Origin: Bdellovibrionota bacterium FG-1
Lineage (GTDB): Bacteria > Bdellovibrionota > UBA1018
Direction: 5' to 3'
DNA: 64,000 nt
Assembly (NCBI GenBank): GCA_051382295.1
Contig: JBBCAW010000021.1
Span: 1-64,000 of the forward strand
The position numbers and the translations under genes are program-made. Below the pieces are notes generated by a model. The model was not told the origin of the DNA. It was given only the letters and a program-made list of their open reading frames with translations, and ran no database searches. This document shows, piece after piece, positions 48,807 through 58,289 of the stretch (its first letter is position 1; the number at the start of each line of letters is the position of its first letter).

Positions 48807-49958
48807 GTGAGAAAGTTTATAAATCTTAGTTTTATTCAGCAGTTAGAGCATAACATAAAACTCAATACCGGTCTATTGCAGGTGATTATTGGACCCCGGC
48901 AGGTCGGGAAAACCACGACCATTCTTGAATATCTAGAGCACCAGCATGCCGGCCGTTTTCATTATGTCAGTGCGGATGCGGTTTTCCATGCCTCGCACGA
49001 TTGGCTTGCTGAGCAGTGGCAGATTGCCTTTCAACAGCGAAAGCTCTTGGTGGTTGATGAAATCCAAAAATGTGAAAATTGGTCCGAAACGATCAAGACC
49101 CTTTGGGATCAGTTTAAAAGAGAAAAGAAAACGCTGACGTGCATTTTGTTGGGATCGAGTTCTTTGCAAATTCAAAAGGGTTTGACTGAAAGTTTGACCG
49201 GTCGTTTTCAGTTGATCAAAGTTTTTCATTGGAACGCCTGTGAGTCCAAGCGGGGATATGGGCTCTCTTTTGAGGACTATCTTCGTTACGGCGGATACCC
49301 TGGGTCCTATCCATTGATAAAGACCAACGATTGGACCGGTTTTGTTAAGCAGTCCATTATTTCCACGGTCATTGAAAAAGACATTCTTCAATACCAAAAT
49401 GTCAAAAGCCCCGCGCTTTTTAAACAGGCTTTTGAAATCCTGATTTCGTATCCAGCTCAAGAAATCAGTTACACGAAGCTCTTGGGACAAATTCAGGACA
49501 AAGGAAATACGGATCTCATCAAATATTATATTTCTTTGTATGAGGGGGCATTTTTAATTAAGGCCCTCGAAAAATTTTCAGAGAAAACGATCAAGGTAAA
49601 ATCTTCTTCACCTAAGATTCTGCCACTAGCCCCTTGCCTTTATTACTTATCCGTTCTTGATCAATACGATGGCACTGAGCGAGGACGGGCTTTTGAATTG
49701 GCCGTGGGAGCGCAGTTGGTTCGCGCGGACGGCGATTTGTATTATTGGCGAGAAGGCGATTTTGAAGTCGACTTTGTTTTGAAAGTCGGGCGGAATATTT
49801 ACGCGATCGAAGTTAAAAGTGGGCGAAAAAAGAAAAAAAGCGGTCTCCTCCAATTTAAGGAAAAATACCCACGCGCAAAAATGATTTTTATCACCCCAGA
49901 AAACTACGAGCTTTTTGAAAGCGATCCGATGGTTTTTTTGGTCAAAATGTCGGGGTAA
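48807..49958 (+). CDS. AAA_14 ATPase with DUF4143 / PD-(D/E)xK C-terminus
   Basis: GPRQVGKTT, VVDEIQ, ESLTGR, GGYP and EVDFV...AIEVKSG motifs. Confidence 0.92.
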   Translation: MRKFINLSFIQQLEHNIKLNTGLLQVIIGPRQVGKTTTILEYLEHQHAGRFHYVSADAVFHASHDWLAEQWQIAFQQRKLLVVDEIQKCENWSETIKTLWDQFKREKKTLTCILLGSSSLQIQKGLTESLTGRFQLIKVFHWNACESKRGYGLSFEDYLRYGGYPGSYPLIKTNDWTGFVKQSIISTVIEKDILQYQNVKSPALFKQAFEILISYPAQEISYTKLLGQIQDKGNTDLIKYYISLYEGAFLIKALEKFSEKTIKVKSSSPKILPLAPCLYYLSVLDQYDGTERGRAFELAVGAQLVRADGDLYYWREGDFEVDFVLKVGRNIYAIEVKSGRKKKKSGLLQFKEKYPRAKMIFITPENYELFESDPMVFLVKMSG

Positions 49959-50008
49959 TTACAAAAGCAGCGCCATCAAAAGTTCATCCAGATAGCGCCC
50001 ATCTTCGG

Positions 50009-50124
50009 TCGTGGCGCTGGCCTCGTACCGAACCCGGTCTACTGCCGCGCGGAGGCAGTTCGTGGCGCTGACCTCGCACCGAGTCCGGTTTACTGCCGCG
50101 TGGAGGCAGTACGCGGCGTCGGCC
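50009..50124. repeat. 51-bp tandem repeat (2 full copies plus a partial) with internal hairpins
   Basis: Units at 50009 and 50060 are 45/51 identical; each has ACCG-N4-CGGT and ACTGCC-N7-GGCAGT stems. Confidence 0.85.
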
Positions 50125-50222
50125 CCCTATTTTTTAAATAAAACACAATAAAAACAATAACTTGTAATGGCTGACAATATCTGTTGCGATGCGTCATTTT
50201 CTGGGATACGAAATCCTTTCAT

Positions 50223-51638
50223 ATGTTGAGAGTTTCGGCACAAATCACCATCATCGCCTGGGCCTTGTTGTCCTATGCAACCCACGACGCCCAAGCCAAT
50301 CTAGAATCTCGATTGCCTGAGCAATCCTCCATCGGCTTGGACTCCGTAGGTTATTTTCATGTCTCTCAAGAAGCTTCAGAGGGGTTTCGCAATCAAATGG
50401 CGCCTCAATTGGTGGGCAAGCTCAATTCGCATTATTTGGGCCCGGTGGTTGAAGCGGGGGCCCAGACGGATTTGATGTTGATGTTTACGCGCGCGACCGA
50501 TGGTTCTCTGAAACCGTCGCCCTATCTTGAATTACCCGAATTGTATTTTGGAACTTCAAAGGAACTTTTTCCGCTTAATCTCCAATTGGGACGCAAACTC
50601 GAACACTTCAGTCACCTCGACGAAGAGTGGCAACTGGGGCTTTGGCAACCCCGATTTCGGTGGGACTATCTGCATCCCGAAACCGTGGGGCTGACGGGTG
50701 CGTTTTTGAATCTCGATACTCCTTATTTTCGAGTGGTCGTCTCGGGGTCTCCCTTCTTTATTCCTGAACGAGGGGTACCCATCGAAACCAAGCAAGGCGT
50801 GTTTGCTTCAAATTCTCGTTGGTTCATTCCGCCGCCCGCGACCATTCCGATTTTTGGACAAGATACGCCGGTTCGTTACTCTTTGGTGATGCCGGAACTT
50901 GGCGACTTAGTCGCCCATCCCGGAGCCAGCATCATGGCTCGGGTTGGGGCCGAAAGCGGTCCTTGGGGTTTGGTGGGGTACGCATACAAGCCGGTCAATC
51001 AGTTGCTTTTAGCGGCGGATGGGGTGCTCCAGTTATCCGATCGTCAACCGATTTATGTGGATGCGCAGATCTATCCACGAGTCGTGTATCACCATTTGAC
51101 TTCGGCCGAAGCTGGTTACTCAGGCGAGAGGATGAATACCTGGTTTTCCGTGCTCGGAGAACGCCCTGAGATGGATACCACGCCCGCTCAGTGGACGACT
51201 CAGCAAATTGTGCCGTCGCTCGCGATGAGTGCGGCCTTTGATCTGCGTATCATGGGGAGTATCGAGTCTCCCACCTCGATCGGTCTGAGTTATCTGCGGC
51301 AATGGGGTGGCAATGCGGGAGATGAGGGGCCTGAAGCCACTGGGGGATCGGCATCGAGTTTTGAGGCGCGCTACCCGTATCAAAGTGCGGTGAGTTTAGG
51401 TCTTAAATCCCGGCTCTTTTCAAGTTTTTCTGGTTCTTCCCGTGTGCTTTACGATTTTGGTCATGAGGGTACGGTCTGGTCGACAGAATTGCGTTATCGT
51501 CCTCATCAAAATTGGATGTTGGGGGCCGGGGCAGATCTTTTAGCCGCGCCGAGTGGTGAGGATTTGGATGGCAGTGATCTTTTGAGCCGGTACCGGGCAA
51601 ATGATCGAGTTCATGCCGGGGTGACCTATGTTTTTTAG
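50223..51638 (+). CDS. Putative outer-membrane beta-barrel protein
   Basis: Signal peptide (AQA), ELY...GR...DE.W.LG porin-like pattern, C-terminal GVTYVF. Confidence 0.7.
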   Translation: MLRVSAQITIIAWALLSYATHDAQANLESRLPEQSSIGLDSVGYFHVSQEASEGFRNQMAPQLVGKLNSHYLGPVVEAGAQTDLMLMFTRATDGSLKPSPYLELPELYFGTSKELFPLNLQLGRKLEHFSHLDEEWQLGLWQPRFRWDYLHPETVGLTGAFLNLDTPYFRVVVSGSPFFIPERGVPIETKQGVFASNSRWFIPPPATIPIFGQDTPVRYSLVMPELGDLVAHPGASIMARVGAESGPWGLVGYAYKPVNQLLLAADGVLQLSDRQPIYVDAQIYPRVVYHHLTSAEAGYSGERMNTWFSVLGERPEMDTTPAQWTTQQIVPSLAMSAAFDLRIMGSIESPTSIGLSYLRQWGGNAGDEGPEATGGSASSFEARYPYQSAVSLGLKSRLFSSFSGSSRVLYDFGHEGTVWSTELRYRPHQNWMLGAGADLLAAPSGEDLDGSDLLSRYRANDRVHAGVTYVF

Positions 51639-53868
51639 GATCGCCTGTATCGGCGTGGTCGTGGCCGAATTGTTTTTGAATAGTGGTTGCGCCAAAAAAG
51701 ATGTGCCTTCAAGCATGGGGATGGCTCTCGGGGGAGGCGATCTGGGTTGTTTGGACCGGGCGGCAGAAAGTGTGCCGCTCTATCTGGCTGGCAAGGCCAG
51801 CGATGCTCAGACCGGCGGAGTTTGGGATTGTGCCATTCAGTCATTGGATCTGTTTGTCGGTCGCACAAGGGGTGAAAATTCCGGGTATTATACGCCAGGA
51901 GAACTTCGGGCGTTTTTGGCAAAATATTTCCTGACTCAGGCTCAGATTTCAGATGGTTTTCTCGCGGAAGTCATGGCGCTAAAAAAAGCCCTCATCGGCG
52001 GTAAGACGGATTCTCTTACCGTGGACGAAATTAAGTCGGTCCGATCTTTCTTGCTGATTTTTAAAGAGCAGTCGCTGCGTTTGCGTTCTTTTATGCCGCT
52101 TACGATCGAAAATGCAAGGAGTCGAACTTACGACGAAATGGGCCAGGCTTCGGAGGCTCTTCAACAGGCGGCACAGGCGCTGGGCAAGGCTCTCGAAAAT
52201 ACCGGAAATCCCTATGCTTTTGACCGAATGAGCGAGTTACTTCGGCAGCTACAGGGGGTTATGAAGACCTCCCAGGTTTTTAATCGGGCTCGTGAAAACC
52301 TCCCCATTCTTAGGGCCGTCAAGGGCAGCGTGCTGGGATCCGAAAAAGATCGAATTGCGGGAAACGAGTGGTCATCGCTGAGTTCGACCCTGGCTCGTGC
52401 CTATGGTCTTTATTTGAAGTTCAATAGCTTAAGCGCTCATAGCGATTCTTACATTCTCGGCTCTGGCCGGGAGCCCTTTGTACAGCTGATCAAAGAAGGT
52501 TTGGGTTTAGTGGAAGAGGCCATCGCTCGTCATCCGCGTGAGCAGTTCACTTTTGAAGAACTCGATTCATTATTAGAAACTTTTTTTCCAGCGGGCTTTG
52601 AGATTAGCGGAGCCGGGACCATTACGCTGGCACACCTTCAGCAGTTTATGAGGCCGTTAGTGCTCCGTGTTTTTGCGGGGGCTGACTCAGGCCTTAAAGG
52701 TCGCGCAGCGGTGGGCTTAACGCGCCCTGTGATTCAAAGAATTTTAGAAGTGCTAGAGCATTGGGCGCAAGGGCAACAGTACCTTGAAACGATTTTCTCT
52801 CAGTCGCAAAAAGAAGCTTTTTCGGAGCAGTTGTTTTCTCGTGCGCGACTTGCAGATCCTGCGCGGCGTCTCAACCAGGTCATAGCCGAGGAGCGACCTT
52901 TCTTTTTGGGTGAAGATACTTTGATCAGCTTTACGGGGTCGCGCGTGAAAGAAAAAGTATCGCTTCATAATCTTTCTGAACGTAATTGGATGTATGAGCT
53001 GGTTCGGTTGGTTGTGCGTGGCTATGCCGAAGATTCGGAACGGGCAGTGAATGTTGATGATTCAGAAACTAAGATGACGTTTGAAGAATTTAATCGTTTT
53101 TGTGAAGATATTCGCGCGGTCGGGGTTGATATCAAGTATCTCGATCCCAATGATCACAAGGTTGCCCAAAAGCGGTTTAGGGAAGCGGCGCTTTTTACCT
53201 ATTCTGGGAATGGCGACGAATTTTTGAGCGTCACCGAAGGGGCCCAGCTTTTGGCACTGATGCTTTCCGCTAAGCGGTTAGCCAATCAAGTTCATCAGTT
53301 CGCGATCGATGCGGGGTGTCCAGTAGGCGAGATGGATCCCTTCAATTATCGTTTAATCGATGCGGATTGTTATCGACGTACTTTTTTTGCTAATGCCGAA
53401 AGATTTTGGGGCAAGATGCCCAATTTACTCAAATATATAAAGGGGTTGATGCCCGCGCAGCGACAGGAGTTGAAACGGGCCATTGAGGATGGCGCCCGCA
53501 AAGGCGGGTACAGCCAAGAGATGATGAACTCGAGTGACTCTGAGGGCTTTGGGATGATCGGGCATTATATCGAGGTGATCTTTGCACGCTATGACCAAGA
53601 CGATTCAGGGGTTTTGGATTGGGATGAAGCCGCCCAGGCCTTTCCGATTTTTAAAAGGTCACTGCGGGAGATGACCTGTCAAACGGGGCATTGTCTGGAT
53701 AGCGATGCAGATTTGACCGCAGTGTTTACCTACTTGCTCGCTCACGGCCATTCCCCGAGTACTTTTCAATTCATTCGGTGGCGGTATTTGCCGATTTTCA
53801 GAGGTTTATTTGCCGACCGAGGTCAGTTGGCGCAAATTTTTGCTTTGTTAGGCCGGCCGTCTCCGTAG
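51628..53868 (+). CDS. Large helical lipoprotein with EF-hand-like loops
   Basis: Lipobox NSGC; DQDDSGVLDWDE and SGNGDEFLSVTE loops; overlaps the upstream gene by 11 nt. Confidence 0.7.
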   Translation: MFFRIACIGVVVAELFLNSGCAKKDVPSSMGMALGGGDLGCLDRAAESVPLYLAGKASDAQTGGVWDCAIQSLDLFVGRTRGENSGYYTPGELRAFLAKYFLTQAQISDGFLAEVMALKKALIGGKTDSLTVDEIKSVRSFLLIFKEQSLRLRSFMPLTIENARSRTYDEMGQASEALQQAAQALGKALENTGNPYAFDRMSELLRQLQGVMKTSQVFNRARENLPILRAVKGSVLGSEKDRIAGNEWSSLSSTLARAYGLYLKFNSLSAHSDSYILGSGREPFVQLIKEGLGLVEEAIARHPREQFTFEELDSLLETFFPAGFEISGAGTITLAHLQQFMRPLVLRVFAGADSGLKGRAAVGLTRPVIQRILEVLEHWAQGQQYLETIFSQSQKEAFSEQLFSRARLADPARRLNQVIAEERPFFLGEDTLISFTGSRVKEKVSLHNLSERNWMYELVRLVVRGYAEDSERAVNVDDSETKMTFEEFNRFCEDIRAVGVDIKYLDPNDHKVAQKRFREAALFTYSGNGDEFLSVTEGAQLLALMLSAKRLANQVHQFAIDAGCPVGEMDPFNYRLIDADCYRRTFFANAERFWGKMPNLLKYIKGLMPAQRQELKRAIEDGARKGGYSQEMMNSSDSEGFGMIGHYIEVIFARYDQDDSGVLDWDEAAQAFPIFKRSLREMTCQTGHCLDSDADLTAVFTYLLAHGHSPSTFQFIRWRYLPIFRGLFADRGQLAQIFALLGRPSP

Positions 53869-55948
53869 TTTCAGTCTTGCTGATGGTCGCTCGAATCAGG
53901 TCAGAAGCCCAGTGATACGCACTCCGTGAGCGTACTTTAGCGCGCATCGAGGCCATTCGGTTGAACCGTTCCTCAGGAGACAGGAGCAGGGCCGCATGGA
54001 TTGCATCGGCCATCTCTTCAATGGAGTACGGGTTGACGATGAAGGCTTCCGTGAGTTCGCGCGAAGCCCCGGTAAATTTGGATAAGATGAGTGCGCCACG
54101 GTCGGGACGCTGGCACCAGACGTATTCTTTGGCCACGAGATTCATCCCATCGTGAAGTGAGGTCACTAAGCAGATGTCGCCGAGTTGATAGAAATTTTGA
54201 ATTTCCTCCCAATCATGATGAGAGGGGAGGAAGATGATCGGAGGTTGGGAGTAGCGCCCATTGACTCTCGTGACCGCTTTTTCGAGTTGGTCCGCGAGCT
54301 GTTGATAGGCCGGAATTTGGGATCGGCTCGGCGAACCCATTTGCACAAAAGTGAATTTCCCGACAAATTTCGGATATTTCTCGAGAAAACGTTCGACGGC
54401 TTCCACTCTTTCCACAAGACCCTTGGTATAATCGAGGCGGTCGACCCCTACGGCCACCCACGGAGTTTTTATGCCATATCGGATTTTGAGCTGCTCTCTT
54501 TCGACATCGGTCAGAAATTTAACCGGGGTGGTTTCGATTCCAATCGGAAAGGCCCGGATTTCAGTAGAATGGTCTCCCATGGTCACCGAAAAATGCTCGT
54601 AATCGATTCGAGCCTCTAGGTAGCGATTGCAGCTCTCTAAAAAATTATTGCAATGATATTGGGTATGAAAACCAATCACGTCGGCCCCTAGCATTCCGCG
54701 GAGAAGATCCCGATTCCATGGGCAGATACCAAAGGCCTCAGGGTTGGGCCATGGAATGTGCCAGAATAACCCGATTTTTGGCTGGTCGGAACGCGTCCGA
54801 ATCATTCGAGGGAGGAGCGCAAAGTGATAGTCTTGAACGAGGATCACCGAGTCGGGAGCAAGCGAGCGTTCGGGTATCTGGTCGGCAAATTTTTGGTTAA
54901 CGGTTTTGTAATGCTCCCAATCAGGAAGCCGAAAAATCGGTCGGGTGTGGGCATAATGACAAAGAGGCCAAAAGCCCTCATTGGAAAAGCCATAATAGTA
55001 GCCTTTTTCTTCTTCGGGGGTCAACCAAACACGCCTCAGTCGATAGCGAGGGTTTTGGGGGGGCACGGCGACTTCGTTTTGGGCATCCACCACCTGACGA
55101 TCCGCGGAGCCGCTGCCATGGGCGATCCATAAGCCGCCGCATTGCCTCAGAATAGGTTCAAGGGCGGTGACCAATCCGCTCGCAGGTCGGATGACCTGAA
55201 TTTTGTCATCTTGCTGTTGGTGAATATAGGGCTCTCTGTTTGCGATAATCGTGAGTTTTTTGGAGCCCATGCTTTCTTTGAGCTTTGCCAGCCAATCCGA
55301 ATCACGGTGAGTGGAGGTCATCGTGAGCAACTTGTTATGGAGCTTTTTGAGATCCCGTTGAATCCAACCTCGGGTTTGGAGCCAGAAAATAAAAAGCAGA
55401 ACCGAACCCAGGGCCCAGGTGACCCCGAAGCTTCTGAAAAAGGCTTTCATCCACTGGGTTTTCAGGGGAGAGAGATCTTGGGCGATAATGACTGTTAATA
55501 GCTGCGCGCCATTTAACGGGTAGGCGGAGTATTGGAGCAGGCGGTGATCTTCAGAGGAGTGCCAGGTCAAACCTTGAGTGGGCGGCGGGATTTCGCGATT
55601 GAGCGTTTTGTTTTGGCAAATTGCATTCCAATCGGTTCGTCGTGGAAAGGAGATTGAACGTGAGGGATCCCACTGTTTTTTGGAATTGAAGGCACAAATT
55701 CCGAGACTGGTGACGGCCGGGGTCACAATGGAGCTGGCCTCGAACTGCTCTAAATTTTTTGCGATGCGTTCAAAACGGCGAGAATGGTTGTTTGCAAGGA
55801 TTTCGTTCACGAACTCGTGCACAATTGTGGTGGCACGAACTCGTGCTTCGCTCAGAAGTTTTCGTTCCTCGAGCATGCTCTGCGCACCGGCTGAAGCGAG
55901 TGCAGTTAAGGTGACGGCCAAAAGCCATAAGCGGTAGTACCGGTTCAT
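53798..55948 (-). CDS. otsA: Trehalose-6-phosphate synthase (GT20) with N-terminal TM-periplasmic-TM extension
   Basis: ANREP, SGLV.AL, W.AHGSG, YY.GFSN, QDYH, FWHIPWP, VDRLDYTKG and DGMNLVAKEY motifs; about 200 aa N-terminal region with two hydrophobic helices. Confidence 0.9.
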   Translation of the reverse strand: MNRYYRLWLLAVTLTALASAGAQSMLEERKLLSEARVRATTIVHEFVNEILANNHSRRFERIAKNLEQFEASSIVTPAVTSLGICAFNSKKQWDPSRSISFPRRTDWNAICQNKTLNREIPPPTQGLTWHSSEDHRLLQYSAYPLNGAQLLTVIIAQDLSPLKTQWMKAFFRSFGVTWALGSVLLFIFWLQTRGWIQRDLKKLHNKLLTMTSTHRDSDWLAKLKESMGSKKLTIIANREPYIHQQQDDKIQVIRPASGLVTALEPILRQCGGLWIAHGSGSADRQVVDAQNEVAVPPQNPRYRLRRVWLTPEEEKGYYYGFSNEGFWPLCHYAHTRPIFRLPDWEHYKTVNQKFADQIPERSLAPDSVILVQDYHFALLPRMIRTRSDQPKIGLFWHIPWPNPEAFGICPWNRDLLRGMLGADVIGFHTQYHCNNFLESCNRYLEARIDYEHFSVTMGDHSTEIRAFPIGIETTPVKFLTDVEREQLKIRYGIKTPWVAVGVDRLDYTKGLVERVEAVERFLEKYPKFVGKFTFVQMGSPSRSQIPAYQQLADQLEKAVTRVNGRYSQPPIIFLPSHHDWEEIQNFYQLGDICLVTSLHDGMNLVAKEYVWCQRPDRGALILSKFTGASRELTEAFIVNPYSIEEMADAIHAALLLSPEERFNRMASMRAKVRSRSAYHWASDLIRATISKTETTETAGLTKQKFAPTDLGRQINL

Positions 55949-55964
55949 GCGGCGGGCATAAAAT

Positions 55965-55980
55965 TGCAACCCGCGTGCCA
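55965..55980 (-). promoter_or_regulatory. Sigma54 promoter of otsA
   Basis: TGGCACGCGGGTTGCA, a full consensus match, 16 nt before ATG 55948. Confidence 0.8.
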
Positions 55981-56033
55981 CCCGAGCACGCCTCAGTATC
56001 GAAAAGCGCAAGGCGCATTACTGGCAGAAATTA

Positions 56034-56049
56034 TGGCCTCAGTCTTGCT
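56034..56049 (+). promoter_or_regulatory. Sigma54 promoter of the GH15 gene
   Basis: TGGCCTCAGTCTTGCT (GG-N10-GC), 36 nt before ATG 56086. Confidence 0.6.
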
Positions 56050-56085
56050 GATGGTTCCTAAGAGCAAATGAGAAGCGGGTGACCC

Positions 56086-57882
56086 ATGTCTCAGATGGAC
56101 TACGGCATAATTGGAAATTGCCAGATTTCGGCGTTATTGGAAAAAAGCGGAAAAATTGTTTGGTGTTGTATGCCCAAATTTGATGCTCCCTCCGTCTTTG
56201 CCTCGCTTTTGGATTCGCGGCAGGGAGGCTTTTGGAGTATTGAGCCGGCGGTTGATGGCGTTCTCGGACCCTGGGAAACAAAACAGCATTATATGCGCAA
56301 CACCAATGTGCTGGTTACCACCCATACCGGGCCTCAAGATGAACAATTTGAGACGATTGATTTTGCCCCCAGGTTCCAGATGAGTAGTGATGAATTTTAT
56401 CGACCGCCCCAAATTGTCCGGGTACTCAGGCCTTTGCGAGGGATCCCTCGGGTGGTGGTCCGATGCCGTCCCCGTCCGGGTTATGGTAAAGAGAATCCAC
56501 GGATCGTGAACTTAGGCTCGGCGATCGAGTATCGAAGTGAAAACCAGGAAGTCTTTTTTCTTTCAACGGATGCCTCGATTACTTACGTTTTGAATGAGAT
56601 TCCTTTTGAACTCAAGGAATCCCGGGATTTTGTTTTTTCTTATGGTGCTCCTTTTGCCGGGCGCATTCAATTTGAAGCCCAAGAGCAACTCGACCGGACT
56701 CTGGCCTATTGGCGGGGTTGGGCTAAAAATTGTAATATTCCTTTTGAATTTCAGAACGAAGTGCTGCGGTCAGCGCTGGCCCTTAAATTACACATTTTTG
56801 AGGATACGGGGGCCATCATCGCGGCCTCGACAACTTCGATACCCGAGGGGCCAGAACATGGACGAACGTGGGATTATCGCTATTGCTGGCTGCGCGACGC
56901 TTATTTCGTGGTAACCGCGCTGAATCAACTCGGACACTTTGAGGAGATGGAGTCGTTCATCCGGTATCTTCAAAATCTCGCATCCAGTGAACCCTCTGGG
57001 GTTCTGCAGCCGGTCTATGGGATCGGGGGCGAAAAGGAGCTTTTGGAGCAAGAGCTTCCCTGGCTTTCCGGATTCCGTGGCTTCGGTCCAGTTCGAGTGG
57101 GAAATTCCGCCTGGAAAATGGAACAACACGATGTCTATGGGGAGATGGTCTTGGCCATTACCCCTGCATTTTTTGATCGGCGGTTGGACCGAACGGACCA
57201 GGAGCAGGCCTTAAAAAATGTTCGAAACTTGATTCAGCAAGCGATTATTACCTTCGAAAAGCCAGATGCCGGAATTTGGGAGTTCAGAGGGACGATGAAG
57301 CACTCGGTATTTTCAAAGTTGATGAATTGGGCGGCTGTTGACCGGGGAGTCCGCATTGCTGGACATGTGGGTCGGCATGATTGGGTGGCTGAATGGGGTC
57401 CGATTCGAGAACGAATGAGAATTGAAATCGAGACGCGAGCCTGGTCTGAAAAAGAGCAGATCTATGCTCAAACCTACGAGTCAGAAAGTCCCGATGCCGC
57501 CAATCTGCTTTTTCCAGCGGTAAATTTTATGTCATTTTCCAACGAGCGTTTCCAAAAAATGTTGGAGGTTTATCACGAAAAACTTCGCTACGGCCGAGGA
57601 GTCTATCGATATCGCACGCCGGATGATTTTGGCGTGCCGAAGACAACCTTTACCGTATGTGCTTTTTGGATGGCGGATGCGTTATGGGGAGCGGGCCGCA
57701 AGGCCGAGGCGCGTGAATTATTTTCGGCCGTGACTCATAAAGTGAATCATCTGGGGTTGCTGTCGGAGGATATGGATCCTGAAACAGGGGAGCTTTGGGG
57801 AAATTTTCCGCAAACTTACTCACACGTGGGGTTGATCAATACGGCCTGGAAAATTTCACAGTCCTGGGATGATGCATTTTGA
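56086..57882 (+). CDS. Glycoside hydrolase family 15 (trehalase/glucoamylase-like)
   Basis: YGIIGNC, AA.TTSIPE, WDYRYCWLRD, GIWEFR, LSED and GNFPQ.YSH motifs. Confidence 0.93.
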   Translation: MSQMDYGIIGNCQISALLEKSGKIVWCCMPKFDAPSVFASLLDSRQGGFWSIEPAVDGVLGPWETKQHYMRNTNVLVTTHTGPQDEQFETIDFAPRFQMSSDEFYRPPQIVRVLRPLRGIPRVVVRCRPRPGYGKENPRIVNLGSAIEYRSENQEVFFLSTDASITYVLNEIPFELKESRDFVFSYGAPFAGRIQFEAQEQLDRTLAYWRGWAKNCNIPFEFQNEVLRSALALKLHIFEDTGAIIAASTTSIPEGPEHGRTWDYRYCWLRDAYFVVTALNQLGHFEEMESFIRYLQNLASSEPSGVLQPVYGIGGEKELLEQELPWLSGFRGFGPVRVGNSAWKMEQHDVYGEMVLAITPAFFDRRLDRTDQEQALKNVRNLIQQAIITFEKPDAGIWEFRGTMKHSVFSKLMNWAAVDRGVRIAGHVGRHDWVAEWGPIRERMRIEIETRAWSEKEQIYAQTYESESPDAANLLFPAVNFMSFSNERFQKMLEVYHEKLRYGRGVYRYRTPDDFGVPKTTFTVCAFWMADALWGAGRKAEARELFSAVTHKVNHLGLLSEDMDPETGELWGNFPQTYSHVGLINTAWKISQSWDDAF

Positions 57883-57911
57883 GAGAGGGGCGTTTTAAGA
57901 AAGGGAAAGTC

Positions 57912-58289
57912 ATGAGGCTCATGGTGGCAGGAATTTGGATCTTAGGTGGGGCACTCGCAATGGAGGCCGGCGGGGGGCCGTTGAGGCGAGTTTATCAGAT
58001 TTCTGGAATGGTCGAGCAGGTGAGTGAAACCGAGATCGGCGTGCGCCAGGGCTCGGAGATTCTTTGGTTTGAAAAACAAGAGGAGCCGCCTCAGACGGAC
58101 GAGGCGCTTGAGAGCATGAAACCGGGAGACTCGGTGACCATATGGTATAAAACCCAGGTGCTCCGAACCCGGGTTGAAAAAAAATCACGTCAACAGCCCG
58201 GAACGCGCGCGCCCAAAAAAGGCGTCCTAGATGATCGGGCTTTTTATCACGCCAGGGGTAAGCGAATCACGAATCGTGTATTGGCGTAA
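57912..58289 (+). CDS. Small exported hypothetical protein (possible OB-like fold)
   Basis: Hydrophobic N-terminus; G.VE.V and KPGD.VT..Y pattern. Confidence 0.5.
   Translation: MRLMVAGIWILGGALAMEAGGGPLRRVYQISGMVEQVSETEIGVRQGSEILWFEKQEEPPQTDEALESMKPGDSVTIWYKTQVLRTRVEKKSRQQPGTRAPKKGVLDDRAFYHARGKRITNRVLA

Noticed and set aside
50009..50124. CRISPR array interpretation of the 51-bp repeat
   Set aside because: Units are contiguous with no unique spacers, only two full copies, and no cas genes in the window.
46155..50160. Prophage, IS or integron interpretation of the accessory islet
   Set aside because: No integrase, transposase, terminal repeats or attC-like sites were recognisable.
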